Notes: generated from the letters alone by a model not told the origin. Shown: positions 26,268 through 36,426, counted from the stretch's first letter. The stretch: 64,000 bases of DNA from an uncultured Acidobacteriaceae bacterium (GCA_963807145.1 CAWEBA010000025.1:39922-103921), one strand, 5' to 3'. Program-made: numbers and translations.

Positions 26268-29200
26268 TCAGAAGTTCAGCCGCAGGGCAAACTGAATCAG
26301 TCGCGGATTGTTCACCTGCTGGTTGAGCACCCCAAAACTCGATGGTGAATTGATGTCCTGCAGTCCGATACCACCAAGGCCTCCCATAAAGAACTGGGGA
26401 TGGTTGAACAGATTGAAGAATTCCGCCCGAAATTGCAGGTTCGTGGCTTCGCGGAACGAGAGCGGGAAGTCCTTGATGATCGAGAAATCCGTGTTCACGA
26501 AACGCGGCCCGTACGCCGGAGCGCGGGGAGCAGTGCCGATCTCTCCTGCCGGTGCATGGGCGAACGCGCACGGATTCAACCAGTTTTGAATGGTGTGAAC
26601 CTGGGTGGGGCAATCCGTCTGGCCGTTTTCGCTGCCGGGGCGATTGGGGTCGCCGACCAGAACCGGGCGATTGAGGCTCAGGAAGTCGTAGTTCAAGTAT
26701 TGTCCGGTATTGCCCGCGGCCGGGGCCGCACCGAAGGTTGGGCCGGTGTTCGCACTGTCCACCACGAATAACGGGAAGCCGGACTCAGCGCGCTCGATCA
26801 CGTTGATCTGCCAGTGCCCCAGGACCGTATTGGTGGCGGTACTCCAGTCGCCGCCGAAGCGCTTGCCTTTCCCGAAGGGCAAGTCGTAAAGAACGCTGGC
26901 GGTAAAGGTGTCATTCAGGTTCAGCTGCGAGAGGCCCCAATCCAGCTTCTGGGTTCCGGGCAGAGGCCAAAAGATCGCGCCCGCATTGGTGCCCAGCCCG
27001 TCGGTCAAGCCAGAGTCAAAGTTGCGGGCATAGGTGTATCCGAGCAGCGCGTAGATGCCGTGGCGCGCACTCTTGGTTTCCGCTTTGATTTGCAGCGAAT
27101 CGTAGCGTGCCGCCCCCACGCTGTTATTGCTATTGACCACCTGAAACGGGTTGTTGGGAATAATCAGATTGCGGCCGCAGCCCAAAGTGTAACTGGTCAC
27201 CGTAAACCCTGTACCTGGACATGCGAGAGGAGATCCGATATTTTCGTTCACCTGGCTGACCAGAATGTGCGCGCTGCGCGAGCCTGCGTAACCGGCCGTG
27301 AGAACTATGTTGCCGGGGAGTTGTCGCTCGAAGTTAAGGTTGAACTGCTGAACGATGCCCTGCTTGAAATTGCGGTTCATCGACTGCAGCGTGCCGGTGT
27401 AGTTGTCAGGGTTCACCGGCGCGTTATAAATAAATCCGCCCGGCACCGCCAAAGTGGAAGGCGCCTGGGCCGCGGGGAGGAGGAAGCCATCCGAGAGCGA
27501 CCCGAATGGGTTGCCGTAAGCATAGGAGAAGGTCGTCGGATCAACTTCCGCGTAATAGGGAGGGTTCTGCCACAAACCCTGGCCGCCCTGGTTCCACGCG
27601 GAGTCGTGGAAGATCGCATAGCCCAAACGAATGGCAGTGCTCTGGCTACCCATCGGCTTCCAGGCTAGTCCGATGCGCGGCTCGAAAGCCGTTTTGTCAA
27701 ACTGAATGCCCAGGCGTCCGTCCGAAGTGGTGCATGCGAAAGGTAGAATCGAGGGGGCGCAACCTCCTGGGCTGCCTTTTGGGACGAACCACGTGAGCGA
27801 GGCAACGTCAAAGTTCGCCTGCCGGTTCTCGACTTCCGTTTCGGGTGTAACCAGCGCCCAGGCTAATCCTAAGTTGACGGTGAGGTTATTGGTGACGCGC
27901 CAGTTGTCCTGCACAAACGGACGAACGAGTTTCCAGCGCCGGCCCACCGTCGCGCCCAGGAAAGTCTGGTCGTGCGCAGCAAACACTCCGATTTCGCCCA
28001 CCAGCACATCAGCCACATCGTCACCGGTGAAAGCTCCCGACTCCGAGACAAGGCCGTCCTGCGAAGCATTGTTGCGGACGTTCATTTCGTTCGCGCGATA
28101 GACCACGCCGAAACGGATCTCATGCTTGCCGCGAATCAGATCTAACGTGTCGGAAACCGAGTATACGTTCGTCCCACCCTGGTAGGGAGCAAAGCCGCGG
28201 TCGCCCACCGAAAAGTACGACGACATGGAAAAAGACGTCATGCCGCAGCCGACGCAGTCGTTGCTCGCTTGGTTCAGGCTGGCGGGATAGCCGGTTATGG
28301 AATCGCACTTGCTGCCCAGATTGGCGCCGGGAATTCCGATGATCGAAGCTTCGCAGGTCCCGGTTCCAAAAGAAAGGATGTGGTTGAAAATCCGGTTGAA
28401 GCCGGCGTTCAACTGGTTGATCGTGTTCGGCGAGAACACATGGGTTTCTGACAGCGCCAGGTTTCGCCCGTGATTGTTGATGAACTGATTGCTCCCGAAG
28501 GCCGTAGACTCCGACCACGTCGGCGAACCGCCTGGGATGAAGTTGGTTGCCTGGTCGTAGCTGAAGCGCGCGAAGACCGAATCCGCGCTCGAAAAATTGT
28601 GGTCGAGACGAACGTCCCATGTGCCTTCGTTGAGCTTTCTGGTGAGCTGATCAGCGTAGTTAAAACCGGCTGAACCAATTGCGTTTGGCGTGGGGTAGAG
28701 TGCAACTACCTTTGCGCCAATCGGATTGACCATCGCTGCCGGAATGACGTTGCAAGGAGTGCCGCCAGTCTGAGAGCCATCGCTATTCGGCACGATTCCG
28801 TTTCCTGAAGCATCGCACTGCAATGTTGAAAACGTGAATGGATTATTAATATTGGGGAATCCGTCTTGGTTGAATTGTGGCGCCCCAGGCGCGAAACCGG
28901 GGCGAGGGTTACCCGATGGATCGAGGCTATAGTCGTAATCGCCATTCGCGTCCGGCGTCACCATGGCAGTAGTTGGAACGAAACCCGGATACGTCACCCC
29001 CGAGCGCTGCATCTTGGCCTGATAATCCAGAAAGAAAAACGTCTTGTCCTTCTGGATCGGGCCACCCAGCGACCCGCCAAACTGGTTCAGATTGAACTTT
29101 TGCGGCGCCTGCGTGAAGTATTGATCGGTATTGAGCTTCGTGTTGCGGAAGAACTCAAACAGCGATCCGTGCCATTGGTTCGACCCTGACTTGGTCGTAA

Positions 29201-29948
29201 CCAGAACAGTTGGACCGGCGCGCTCACCGTATTCGGCAGAGTACGTATAGGTCAAGACCTTGAATTCCTGGATGTCGTCAATCGAAGAGAAGATGGCAAT
29301 TCCGCCTTCATCCAGCTGATTGTTGTCGTTGCCGTCGAGCAGCCAGTCGGTCTCCTGTTCGCGAGAGCCACCCACCGAAAGCGAAAACGATCCGCGCGTG
29401 GAAGCTTCGCTGCTGGGCGCGCCGTTGAAAAAGCTTTGCGGGTTCGTCGATGCCGTTGTGCCCGGCGTCAGCGTCGCCAGCTGCACGAAGTTGCGGCCGT
29501 TGAGTGGAAGGTCGGCTACCTCTTCGGAGGTGATGACCTGCCCCAGCGTCGGATTTGCAGTCTCCACCGCTACTTCCGTGGCACTGACTAGAACGGTCGA
29601 GGAGACAGATGCCGGCAGAAGGCTGAAATCCAATTCGCGATGCTCATCGACTTGCAGACGGACGTCTTTCTGCTCGGCGGGCTGGAATCCCTGGGCTTCC
29701 ACGTGAATCGTATAGAACGCGACCGGAAGCAGCGGGACCAGGTAATATCCCGCCTCATTGGTCTTGGCCTCGCGGGAAATGCCTGTGCCCTGGGAGGTGA
29801 CCTGCACGGTCGCGCCGGCGACCACCGCACCTGCCTTATCGGAGACCGTTCCCGAAAAACTACCGCTGGCTTGGCCGTACAGGAGCGGACAGGCCGAAAC
29901 TGCAAGTGAAAAAGCGACCGCAACCAACAGCGTCTTTCTATTCAACAT
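26268..29948 (-). CDS. TonB-dependent outer-membrane receptor with N-terminal carboxypeptidase-regulatory-like domain
   Basis: Signal peptide MLNRKTLLVAVAFSLAVSACPLLYGQ. SGTVSDKAGAVVAGATVQVTSQGTGISREAKTNEAGYYLVPLLP is a CarboxypepD_reg domain. The plug region has LPLNGRNFVQL. The long beta-barrel ends in the aromatic terminus ...FALRLNF. ATG 29948 is preceded by GGCAGGA. Confidence 0.9.
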   Translation of the reverse strand: MLNRKTLLVAVAFSLAVSACPLLYGQASGSFSGTVSDKAGAVVAGATVQVTSQGTGISREAKTNEAGYYLVPLLPVAFYTIHVEAQGFQPAEQKDVRLQVDEHRELDFSLLPASVSSTVLVSATEVAVETANPTLGQVITSEEVADLPLNGRNFVQLATLTPGTTASTNPQSFFNGAPSSEASTRGSFSLSVGGSREQETDWLLDGNDNNQLDEGGIAIFSSIDDIQEFKVLTYTYSAEYGERAGPTVLVTTKSGSNQWHGSLFEFFRNTKLNTDQYFTQAPQKFNLNQFGGSLGGPIQKDKTFFFLDYQAKMQRSGVTYPGFVPTTAMVTPDANGDYDYSLDPSGNPRPGFAPGAPQFNQDGFPNINNPFTFSTLQCDASGNGIVPNSDGSQTGGTPCNVIPAAMVNPIGAKVVALYPTPNAIGSAGFNYADQLTRKLNEGTWDVRLDHNFSSADSVFARFSYDQATNFIPGGSPTWSESTAFGSNQFINNHGRNLALSETHVFSPNTINQLNAGFNRIFNHILSFGTGTCEASIIGIPGANLGSKCDSITGYPASLNQASNDCVGCGMTSFSMSSYFSVGDRGFAPYQGGTNVYSVSDTLDLIRGKHEIRFGVVYRANEMNVRNNASQDGLVSESGAFTGDDVADVLVGEIGVFAAHDQTFLGATVGRRWKLVRPFVQDNWRVTNNLTVNLGLAWALVTPETEVENRQANFDVASLTWFVPKGSPGGCAPSILPFACTTSDGRLGIQFDKTAFEPRIGLAWKPMGSQSTAIRLGYAIFHDSAWNQGGQGLWQNPPYYAEVDPTTFSYAYGNPFGSLSDGFLLPAAQAPSTLAVPGGFIYNAPVNPDNYTGTLQSMNRNFKQGIVQQFNLNFERQLPGNIVLTAGYAGSRSAHILVSQVNENIGSPLACPGTGFTVTSYTLGCGRNLIIPNNPFQVVNSNNSVGAARYDSLQIKAETKSARHGIYALLGYTYARNFDSGLTDGLGTNAGAIFWPLPGTQKLDWGLSQLNLNDTFTASVLYDLPFGKGKRFGGDWSTATNTVLGHWQINVIERAESGFPLFVVDSANTGPTFGAAPAAGNTGQYLNYDFLSLNRPVLVGDPNRPGSENGQTDCPTQVHTIQNWLNPCAFAHAPAGEIGTAPRAPAYGPRFVNTDFSIIKDFPLSFREATNLQFRAEFFNLFNHPQFFMGGLGGIGLQDINSPSSFGVLNQQVNNPRLIQFALRLNF

Positions 29949-30037
29949 TCCTGCCCCTTTTCGGCGGACCCGCACCGAATGACGAAGTGACTTTCCGCTT
30001 GGCGATAGACCGGGAGATAGTGGGACCGTAGAACGGC

Positions 30038-30080
30038 CTTATAAATGGCATCTCCTTCCGAAGTCAAGACTTTTCGGAAG
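30038..30080 (-). promoter_or_regulatory. Putative sigma70-like promoter of the TonB receptor gene, with an inverted repeat over the -35
   Basis: On the minus strand: TTGACT (30067-30062), an 18-nt spacer and TATAAG (30043-30038), preceded by a T7 tract. The 8-bp arms CTTCCGAA/TTCGGAAG (30055-30062, 30073-30080) bracket the -35. This is sequence pattern only. Confidence 0.35.
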
Positions 30081-30202
30081 TAGAAAAAAATTCGCAAGGG
30101 AGTCTTTTACCGCTTTTGCACGGAAAGATGACTGCGAGGCGGCCTTGAAAATCTCAACCATGAGACCGATCTTCGAGACCACAACCGGAGACCGAACTCG
30201 TT

Positions 30203-31132
30203 TCAAGCGCGAACCGCCCACTCTTCATCAAAACGCGCGCGATCATAGAAGGATTTCTGCGTCCCAATGCCCGTCGTCGACAATCCAGCGTACAGATTTG
30301 CACGGCACACGGCTTCTCGCTCTGGCACGCCCTCCGCAAGGAATACGGAGAAGCTCCCGATGAATGCGTCTCCTGCGCCAGTGCTGTCGATGCTTTTCAC
30401 GACAAAGGGAGGAATATGCTCGCTCACTCCACGAGCCGCGAGCAGCGAACCGTTCGCTCCCAAGGTAATGATGACTCGACCTATACCGCCTGCCACCAGG
30501 TTCTCTGCGCACTTCTTCGCGTCTTCCACACTCCGTACTGCGACCCCGGTAATCGTTTCCGCCTCACTCTCATTCGGAACGAAATAATCAAGGTCGACCA
30601 GGGCGCGCATGTCGACAGCCTGACCAGGCGCCGGGTTCAGGATGCACTGAATGCCGTGCCTGCGCGCGAACGCGACCGTGTAGTAGACAGTTTCGAGCGG
30701 GATTTCAAACTGGAGGACAATGCAATCGACGGTTTTTAACATCTCAGCCGACGCCTCAACATCCGCCGGCTTCAGCGCGTCGTTGGCCCCTTTCACCACC
30801 AGAATGCGGTTTTGTCCGTTGGGCTCGACAAAGATCGGCGCCACGCCGCTGGAGAATCCCTCAACCATCTTCACATGGGTTGCATCGATGCCAAGCTTCT
30901 TAAAGTTGTCGATGGTCGCGGGACCGAATAGGTCGTCCCCAACTCGCGCCACCATGAACACATCCGCGCCGCAGAGTCGAGCGGCCACTGCCTGATTCGC
31001 GCCTTTGCCGCCGAATCCGAGATCAAATTTCTGGCCGAAGATGGTTTCCCCCGGCTTTGGAAACCGATCCGTGAAGGTTGTCAGATCGATGTTGGCACTT
31101 CCAACTATCGCAATACGAGGGCGCCGGGACAT
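30203..31132 (-). CDS. rbsK: Ribokinase
   Basis: IAIVGSANIDLTTFTDRFPKPGETIFG..FDLGFGGKGANQAVAAARLG and the C-terminal DSTGAGDAFIGSF (PfkB signature). Confidence 0.9.
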   Translation of the reverse strand: MSRRPRIAIVGSANIDLTTFTDRFPKPGETIFGQKFDLGFGGKGANQAVAARLCGADVFMVARVGDDLFGPATIDNFKKLGIDATHVKMVEGFSSGVAPIFVEPNGQNRILVVKGANDALKPADVEASAEMLKTVDCIVLQFEIPLETVYYTVAFARRHGIQCILNPAPGQAVDMRALVDLDYFVPNESEAETITGVAVRSVEDAKKCAENLVAGGIGRVIITLGANGSLLAARGVSEHIPPFVVKSIDSTGAGDAFIGSFSVFLAEGVPEREAVCRANLYAGLSTTGIGTQKSFYDRARFDEEWAVRA

Positions 31133-31351
31133 GGTTTTCCTGAGAGAACCTGAGAACGCCGAGTCTATTTGGCGCCTCCGATTGTGTCAACGGAGCGCCC
31201 CCGATAAGCAATGACCGCCACGCCGGATTTCCGGTCTAAGGTTTCGTTACAGTCTTGTTTTTCGTGCTGCCCGCCTCACTTGTGGCGGATGCATAAAGAA
31301 GAGTACAGTTACACACTTTGCGCTGGTCACAGCGCCCCCAGGGAGAAAAGT

Positions 31352-32329
31352 ATGTTTACGCCTTCGACTTTGAGCATTGCGCTGCTGATGATGATCACGA
31401 GCGCCGTTTGCTGGGGGTCCTGGGCCAACACCTATAAAGGCGTCAAAGGCTATCGTTTCGAACTGTTCTATTGGGACTACGCGGTTGGCATCTTCTTAAT
31501 CTCACTCGTACTTGCCTTTACGATGGGCAGCACCGGGCACGATTCCGCTAGCTTTCTGAACAACGTACACTCGGCAGACACTTCAAACATTATTGACGCG
31601 CTCATCGGTGGTGCGTTGTTCAATCTCGCCAATCTCTTGCTGGTGGCCGCGATCGACATGGCCGGGCTCGCCGTCGCATTCCCTATTTCAATCGGAATCG
31701 CCCTGGTGGTCGGAACTGTATTGAGTTACGCCCTTCAACCAAAGGGAAACGCTGTTTCACTCGCGCTCGGAGTAGCGTGCGCTTTTATTGCCGTGCTCTT
31801 GGATGGCAAAGCCTATGGTAGTCTCGCGTCTGCGGGACGGTCCGTCTCGAAAAAAAGCCTCATCACATGTGTAGTGTCAGGGATTCTGATGGGCTTGTGG
31901 GCTCCGTTCATGACTCACGCCATGACTCGCGGCAACCCGCTGGGGCCCTATAGCGCAGCCGTTTTCCTGACTCTGGGAGCATTGCTCTCCTGCTTCATCT
32001 GGAACATTTATTTCATGAAACATCCCCTGGTAGGGGAGCCAGTCAGCTTCACTGGATTCTTCAGCGGGCCTGCCTCCGGGCATGTACTGGGCCTTTTCGG
32101 GGGATTCATCTGGGGCGTTGGCACTGTTTTCAATCTCGTCGCTGCGAGCTTCACCGGCGTTGCCATCTCCTACGCCATCGGTCAGTCTGCTCCGATGGTC
32201 GCGGCGCTCTGGGGAATTCTCGCGTGGAAGGAATTCGAAAACTCAGGATCTCGAGCCAAAGTGTATCTCGGCTTAATGTTCATCTTCTATGGCCTGGCGA
32301 TCTTCCTGGTTGCACGCGCCAACGGTTAG
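31352..32329 (+). CDS. DMT-superfamily sugar uptake permease (GRP/RbsU-GlcU-like, putative ribose transporter)
   Basis: About 10 TM helices in two similar halves. ATG 31352 is preceded by GGGAGAAAAG. Substrate is inferred only from the flanking ribokinase and nucleoside hydrolase genes. Confidence 0.5.
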   Translation: MFTPSTLSIALLMMITSAVCWGSWANTYKGVKGYRFELFYWDYAVGIFLISLVLAFTMGSTGHDSASFLNNVHSADTSNIIDALIGGALFNLANLLLVAAIDMAGLAVAFPISIGIALVVGTVLSYALQPKGNAVSLALGVACAFIAVLLDGKAYGSLASAGRSVSKKSLITCVVSGILMGLWAPFMTHAMTRGNPLGPYSAAVFLTLGALLSCFIWNIYFMKHPLVGEPVSFTGFFSGPASGHVLGLFGGFIWGVGTVFNLVAASFTGVAISYAIGQSAPMVAALWGILAWKEFENSGSRAKVYLGLMFIFYGLAIFLVARANG

Positions 32330-32335
32330 GTCGCA

Positions 32336-33388
32336 TTACTTCCCTTTGATTCTGCTAACAAACAGTTCCAGAAAGCGGTCGGCATCGGAAGCCAGGCACA
32401 CTCTCGCATTCGGCTTGAGAAATGTAACGCCCTCGATCTCATAGTGGTCGCCATGCAGCACGTTGTTCTCGTTTGAGCCCATGCGGTTCGCCACGGTTTC
32501 TCCGCGCGTAAACTCACCTTTGGTTTCCACGTCGATGTGCATTTCTTTGAGCGTTCCGAGAGTCGGGTCCAGAGCAATCCCTACCGCCAGCGGATCGTAC
32601 ATTGCCGCCCCGGCGTATCCGCTTTTCTCGCTGCGAGTCAAATAGAAATCGGCAATCTTCGAGATAAAGTCGCTCTGCGGTCCATGCGACGACTGCAGTT
32701 CCGCCAAATATTTCCGCGTAATCAGGGTTCGCTCGCCTACGTCGGACCCGACCATCGTCACCATCCAGCCGGCATTAAACACAATCTGCGCCGCCTCGGG
32801 ATCGTTATAGATATTTGCCTCAGCCGCCCCGTTCACATTGCCACCGGAAATCGAGCCGCCCATGATGACGATATCCTTGACCAGAGCCGCGATCGAGGGA
32901 TCCTTCGAAACCGCGAGCGCAATATTGGTGAGCGGGCCCACCGGAATCAGGGTGATCTCATGCGGATATTTGTGGATCATCTCGATAATCAGATCCGGGC
33001 CAAACCGAGGATCCGCTTTACATTTCGAAGCCGGCAACTCGACGTTCGCCAGTCCGTTCTTGCCATGCCAGAACTGCGCGGTGATCAGCTTCTGATTCAG
33101 CGGATGCTGCGCTCCCCCCGCGACAACAACGTCGCAGCGCCCCGCCAGCGAAACAATCTTCAACGCGTTCTCCAGTCCCTGCCACGCCTCCACGTTGCCT
33201 GGCACGACCGTCAGCGCTTCCACTTTGAACTCTGGAGAATTCAACGCGAGGATGATGGCCATGGCATCATCAGTGCCTGGATCGGTGTCAATGATCACGC
33301 GCCTCGGCGCAGCCTGCGAAAACACATTGGTCATCGAAGCAAGAAGGAAGAATGAAATCAGAACGGATGCAGCGTTGAGTCGTTTCAC
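32336..33388 (-). CDS. Inosine-uridine-preferring nucleoside hydrolase family protein, exported (second copy)
   Basis: Signal peptide MKRLNAASVLISFFLLASMTNVFSQA, then VIIDTDPGTDDAMAIILAL (canonical IUNH DxDxxxDD motif) and GPLTNIALA. Confidence 0.9.
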   Translation of the reverse strand: MKRLNAASVLISFFLLASMTNVFSQAAPRRVIIDTDPGTDDAMAIILALNSPEFKVEALTVVPGNVEAWQGLENALKIVSLAGRCDVVVAGGAQHPLNQKLITAQFWHGKNGLANVELPASKCKADPRFGPDLIIEMIHKYPHEITLIPVGPLTNIALAVSKDPSIAALVKDIVIMGGSISGGNVNGAAEANIYNDPEAAQIVFNAGWMVTMVGSDVGERTLITRKYLAELQSSHGPQSDFISKIADFYLTRSEKSGYAGAAMYDPLAVGIALDPTLGTLKEMHIDVETKGEFTRGETVANRMGSNENNVLHGDHYEIEGVTFLKPNARVCLASDADRFLELFVSRIKGK

Positions 33389-33419
33389 AGGAAGGTCCTC
33401 TTTCGAAAACCGGTGCGGG

Positions 33420-34649
33420 CTATAGCAGCATGCCCGCGATGGATGCCGACATCAGGTTGGCCATCGTCCCCGCCAGCATTGCTCGAATCCCGAGGCGCGC
33501 CAGTTCGCTCTTCTTGTTCGGCGCCAGCGCCCCAATCCCGCCGATCTGAATTCCAATGGAGCTGAGATTTGCGAATCCGCAAAGCGCAAAAGTAGCAATA
33601 GTAAAGGAGCGCGGATCAAGCCCGGCTTTCATCGGTCCGAGCATGGAAAATGCCACCAGTTCGTTCAGCACCATGCGCGTGCCGAGCAGAGATCCGATCA
33701 CACCGCAGTCATGCCAGGGCACACCAATCACCCACGCAACCGGAGCGAAGACGGCTCCGAAAATCTTTTCCAGACTTGCGGGAAACCAAGTCGCATAGTG
33801 GTGAATTCCGCCCATAATCCCATCCGCTAGCGCGATCAGGGCCAGGAATGCGATCAGCATGGCACCGATATTCAACGCCATATGCAGGCCATCGCTAGTT
33901 CCTCGCGCCACTGCGCCCAGCAGGTTTTCCTCCTTCTCGGCTCGCTCTTCGTTCTCTGGCATGACCACTCGTCCCGCGGTTTTCGGCTCCTCGGTCTCGG
34001 GCACAAGCATCTTCGCCATCAGCAGAGTGCCCGGGGCCGTCATGATGACCGCGCTCAGCAAGTGTTTAGGGTCGATGCCAAAGGCTATATAGGCCGCCAT
34101 GATTCCGCCGGAGACGTGCGCCATGCCGCTGGTCATCACGGTCATCAATTCCGAGTGCGTCAGATCGGGCAGAAATGGCCGGATGGTCACCGGCGCTTCC
34201 GTTTGTCCCATGAAGATACTGGCTGCTACGTCGAGCGATTCCGCGCCGCTGGCACCCATCACGCGGGTCATGATCCAGGCGGCAATCTTGATGACGAACT
34301 GCATGATGCCGAAGTGGTAGAGCACGGCGAAAAACGCGCAAATGAAAATAACGGCCGGTAGTACCTGAAAAGCGAAATAGAATCCGAAGTGCGAACCTTG
34401 CTTACCGAGATCGCCGAAAACAAACTGTGAGCCGACATAAGAATAGGCAAGTAAGCGGCTGACCGCGTCGCCAGCCTTCTGAAAAAGCCGCTGACCGGCG
34501 CCGATCCGCAACACACAGACAGCAAACACGAACTGCAGGCCCAAGCCCCAGGCTACCGTTTTCAGCCGAATAGCGCGGCGATTCGTGGAGAACGCGTAAG
34601 CCAGCACCAGCATGGTCACAAGGCCGAGGATTCCAGTGTAGCGTCCCAT
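33420..34649 (-). CDS. nupC: NupC/CNT-family nucleoside:cation symporter
   Basis: The polytopic protein carries FVFG..G, GQTEAP, MTSGMAHVSGGIMAAY and GFANLSSIGIQIGG, which are CNT family hallmarks. Confidence 0.9.
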   Translation of the reverse strand: MGRYTGILGLVTMLVLAYAFSTNRRAIRLKTVAWGLGLQFVFAVCVLRIGAGQRLFQKAGDAVSRLLAYSYVGSQFVFGDLGKQGSHFGFYFAFQVLPAVIFICAFFAVLYHFGIMQFVIKIAAWIMTRVMGASGAESLDVAASIFMGQTEAPVTIRPFLPDLTHSELMTVMTSGMAHVSGGIMAAYIAFGIDPKHLLSAVIMTAPGTLLMAKMLVPETEEPKTAGRVVMPENEERAEKEENLLGAVARGTSDGLHMALNIGAMLIAFLALIALADGIMGGIHHYATWFPASLEKIFGAVFAPVAWVIGVPWHDCGVIGSLLGTRMVLNELVAFSMLGPMKAGLDPRSFTIATFALCGFANLSSIGIQIGGIGALAPNKKSELARLGIRAMLAGTMANLMSASIAGMLL

Positions 34650-36019
34650 CAGTTTTTCTCTCCGGGATTTCCGATCACGTGCTGAGTCATCACGCGATGA
34701 ATCAAAGGTCTTCTCTCACGCGCCGACGAATCGGTAATCTGATAACTCTCCTCTAGCAATTTCCGGGCACGAATCGCGCGCGCTTCTGCATTGTAGTGGA
34801 TCGTCGCTAGCACTTCGCCAGCGGAAACCGCGTCTCCAACTTTTTTATGCAGCACGATTCCCACGGCGGGGTCAACCGAATCTTCCTTGCGTTCACGGCC
34901 GCCGCCTAGTATCACGCAGGCTGTTCCCACTTGCTCGCACTGCAGAGATGCGAGATATCCGCTTCTCGGACTCGAAACGATCATCGTATGCCGAGCCCGG
35001 GGCAGTTTCTTCGGATCGTCGATTGCCCGCGGATCGCCGCCCTGCAGTTCAACCATCTGTAGAAACTTCTCGAGCGCCTTGCCGGAAGCAATCAGTTTCT
35101 CGCTGTGCTTTCTTCCCTCCGCGACCGTGTCGGCAACTCCGCCCAAATGCAGCATCCAACCTGCAAGCTCGAGGCAGAGTTCCCGCAAATCTTCCGGTCC
35201 TTCCCCGCGCAGAAGTTCGACCACCTCGACCACTTCAAGTGCATTGCCGATCATGCACCCCAGCGGCTGATCCATGTCCGTGATCAGCGCCACGACTTGT
35301 TTTCCCATCCGCTCTCCGGTTTCAACCATAAGCTCGGCCAGAAAGGTAGCATCCTTTTCACTCTTCATGAATGCTCCGGAGCCGGTCTTCACGTCGAGCA
35401 CAAGTGCGTCAATGCCCTCCGCAAGTTTCTTGCTCATGATGGATGCGCAGATAAGATAGGGACTTTCGACCGTGCCGGTCACATCGCGCAGCGCGTAAAG
35501 CTTGCGATCAGCCGGGGCGATCTCGGCCGTCTGCCCAATCATGGCGCAGCCACAGGTTTCGAGGACGCGGAGAAATTCCTCCACAGGGAGATTCACATTG
35601 AAGCCGGGAATCGATTCCAGCTTATCGAGCGTGCCTCCGGTATGCCCCAGGCCGCGGCCGCTGATCATGGGAACAGCCACGCCGGCGGCGGCTGCAAGCG
35701 GTGCCAGCACAAGCGAAGTCTTGTCGCCCACGCCGCCAGTCGAGTGCTTGTCGACTTTCTTCGCTGGCAGCAAAGAAAGATCGAGCACCTCGCCCGACTG
35801 CAGCATTGCATCCGTCAGTGCAGCCGTCTCCGCCCGCGTCATCCCCCGCAGTACAACCGCCATCAGCCACGCAGAAACCTGATAGTCGGGAATATCGCCG
35901 CGAGTGTAAGAGTTCACCATGGATTCGATTTCGTATCGGGACAGTTCACCACCATCCCGCTTTTTGCGAATCACATCGATTGCGCGGAAAGTCTGCGTTA
36001 GAGCTGGAGTCGGATTCAC
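34649..36019 (-). CDS. deoA: Thymidine / pyrimidine-nucleoside phosphorylase
   Basis: IRKKRDGGELSRYEIESMV..YTRGDIPDYQVSAWLMAV, DKHSTGGVGDKTSL and SGRGLGHTGGTLDKLE. Confidence 0.9.
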   Translation of the reverse strand: MNPTPALTQTFRAIDVIRKKRDGGELSRYEIESMVNSYTRGDIPDYQVSAWLMAVVLRGMTRAETAALTDAMLQSGEVLDLSLLPAKKVDKHSTGGVGDKTSLVLAPLAAAAGVAVPMISGRGLGHTGGTLDKLESIPGFNVNLPVEEFLRVLETCGCAMIGQTAEIAPADRKLYALRDVTGTVESPYLICASIMSKKLAEGIDALVLDVKTGSGAFMKSEKDATFLAELMVETGERMGKQVVALITDMDQPLGCMIGNALEVVEVVELLRGEGPEDLRELCLELAGWMLHLGGVADTVAEGRKHSEKLIASGKALEKFLQMVELQGGDPRAIDDPKKLPRARHTMIVSSPRSGYLASLQCEQVGTACVILGGGRERKEDSVDPAVGIVLHKKVGDAVSAGEVLATIHYNAEARAIRARKLLEESYQITDSSARERRPLIHRVMTQHVIGNPGEKN

Positions 36020-36426
36020 CGGAGGCGGAATCCCTCCGGCAGCAGTTCGGTGATGTGAGCTTGTTTAGGGCCGTCGACTCCTTGGAAGAAGATCGTCGCG
36101 TCGGGACCGAATTCGTAAATGACCTGTCGGCACGCTCCGCATGGTGAGCAAGGCACTCCCTGGTCGTTGACTACCGAGACCGCACGGATCGTGATCTTCG
36201 GTCCAAGCAGCGCGACCGCCGAAAAAATCGCGGTGCGTTCCGCGCAATTGGTCATTCCGTAGGAGGCGTTCTCTACATTGCAACCGGAGAAGATTTTCCC
36301 ATTCGAAAGCAAGATGGCAGCCCCAACCCGGAATTTCGAGTAGGGCGCATAAGCGTTCTTCATGGCCTTCGTCGCGGACCGCAGCAACTGCGTCGCTGCG
36401 TTGGGTTGTAGCTTCTTCTTGCGCAT
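36016..36426 (-). CDS. cdd: Cytidine deaminase
   Basis: AYAPYSKFRVGAA, CAERTAI and PCGACRQVIYEF (zinc-ligand motifs). There is a 4-nt overlap with deoA. Confidence 0.9.
   Translation of the reverse strand: MRKKKLQPNAATQLLRSATKAMKNAYAPYSKFRVGAAILLSNGKIFSGCNVENASYGMTNCAERTAIFSAVALLGPKITIRAVSVVNDQGVPCSPCGACRQVIYEFGPDATIFFQGVDGPKQAHITELLPEGFRLR

Noticed and set aside
30055-30080. Hairpin first considered as a terminator for rbsK
   Set aside because: On the minus strand the T-run precedes the stem rather than following it. On the plus strand the stem is followed by A residues. It was reinterpreted as a possible operator overlapping a -35 element.
33389-33419. Palindrome tttcgaaa between nupC and the second hydrolase gene
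   Set aside because: It is only 8 bp and AT-rich in a 31-nt gap that must also hold the ribosome-binding site. That is too short to support a regulatory call.
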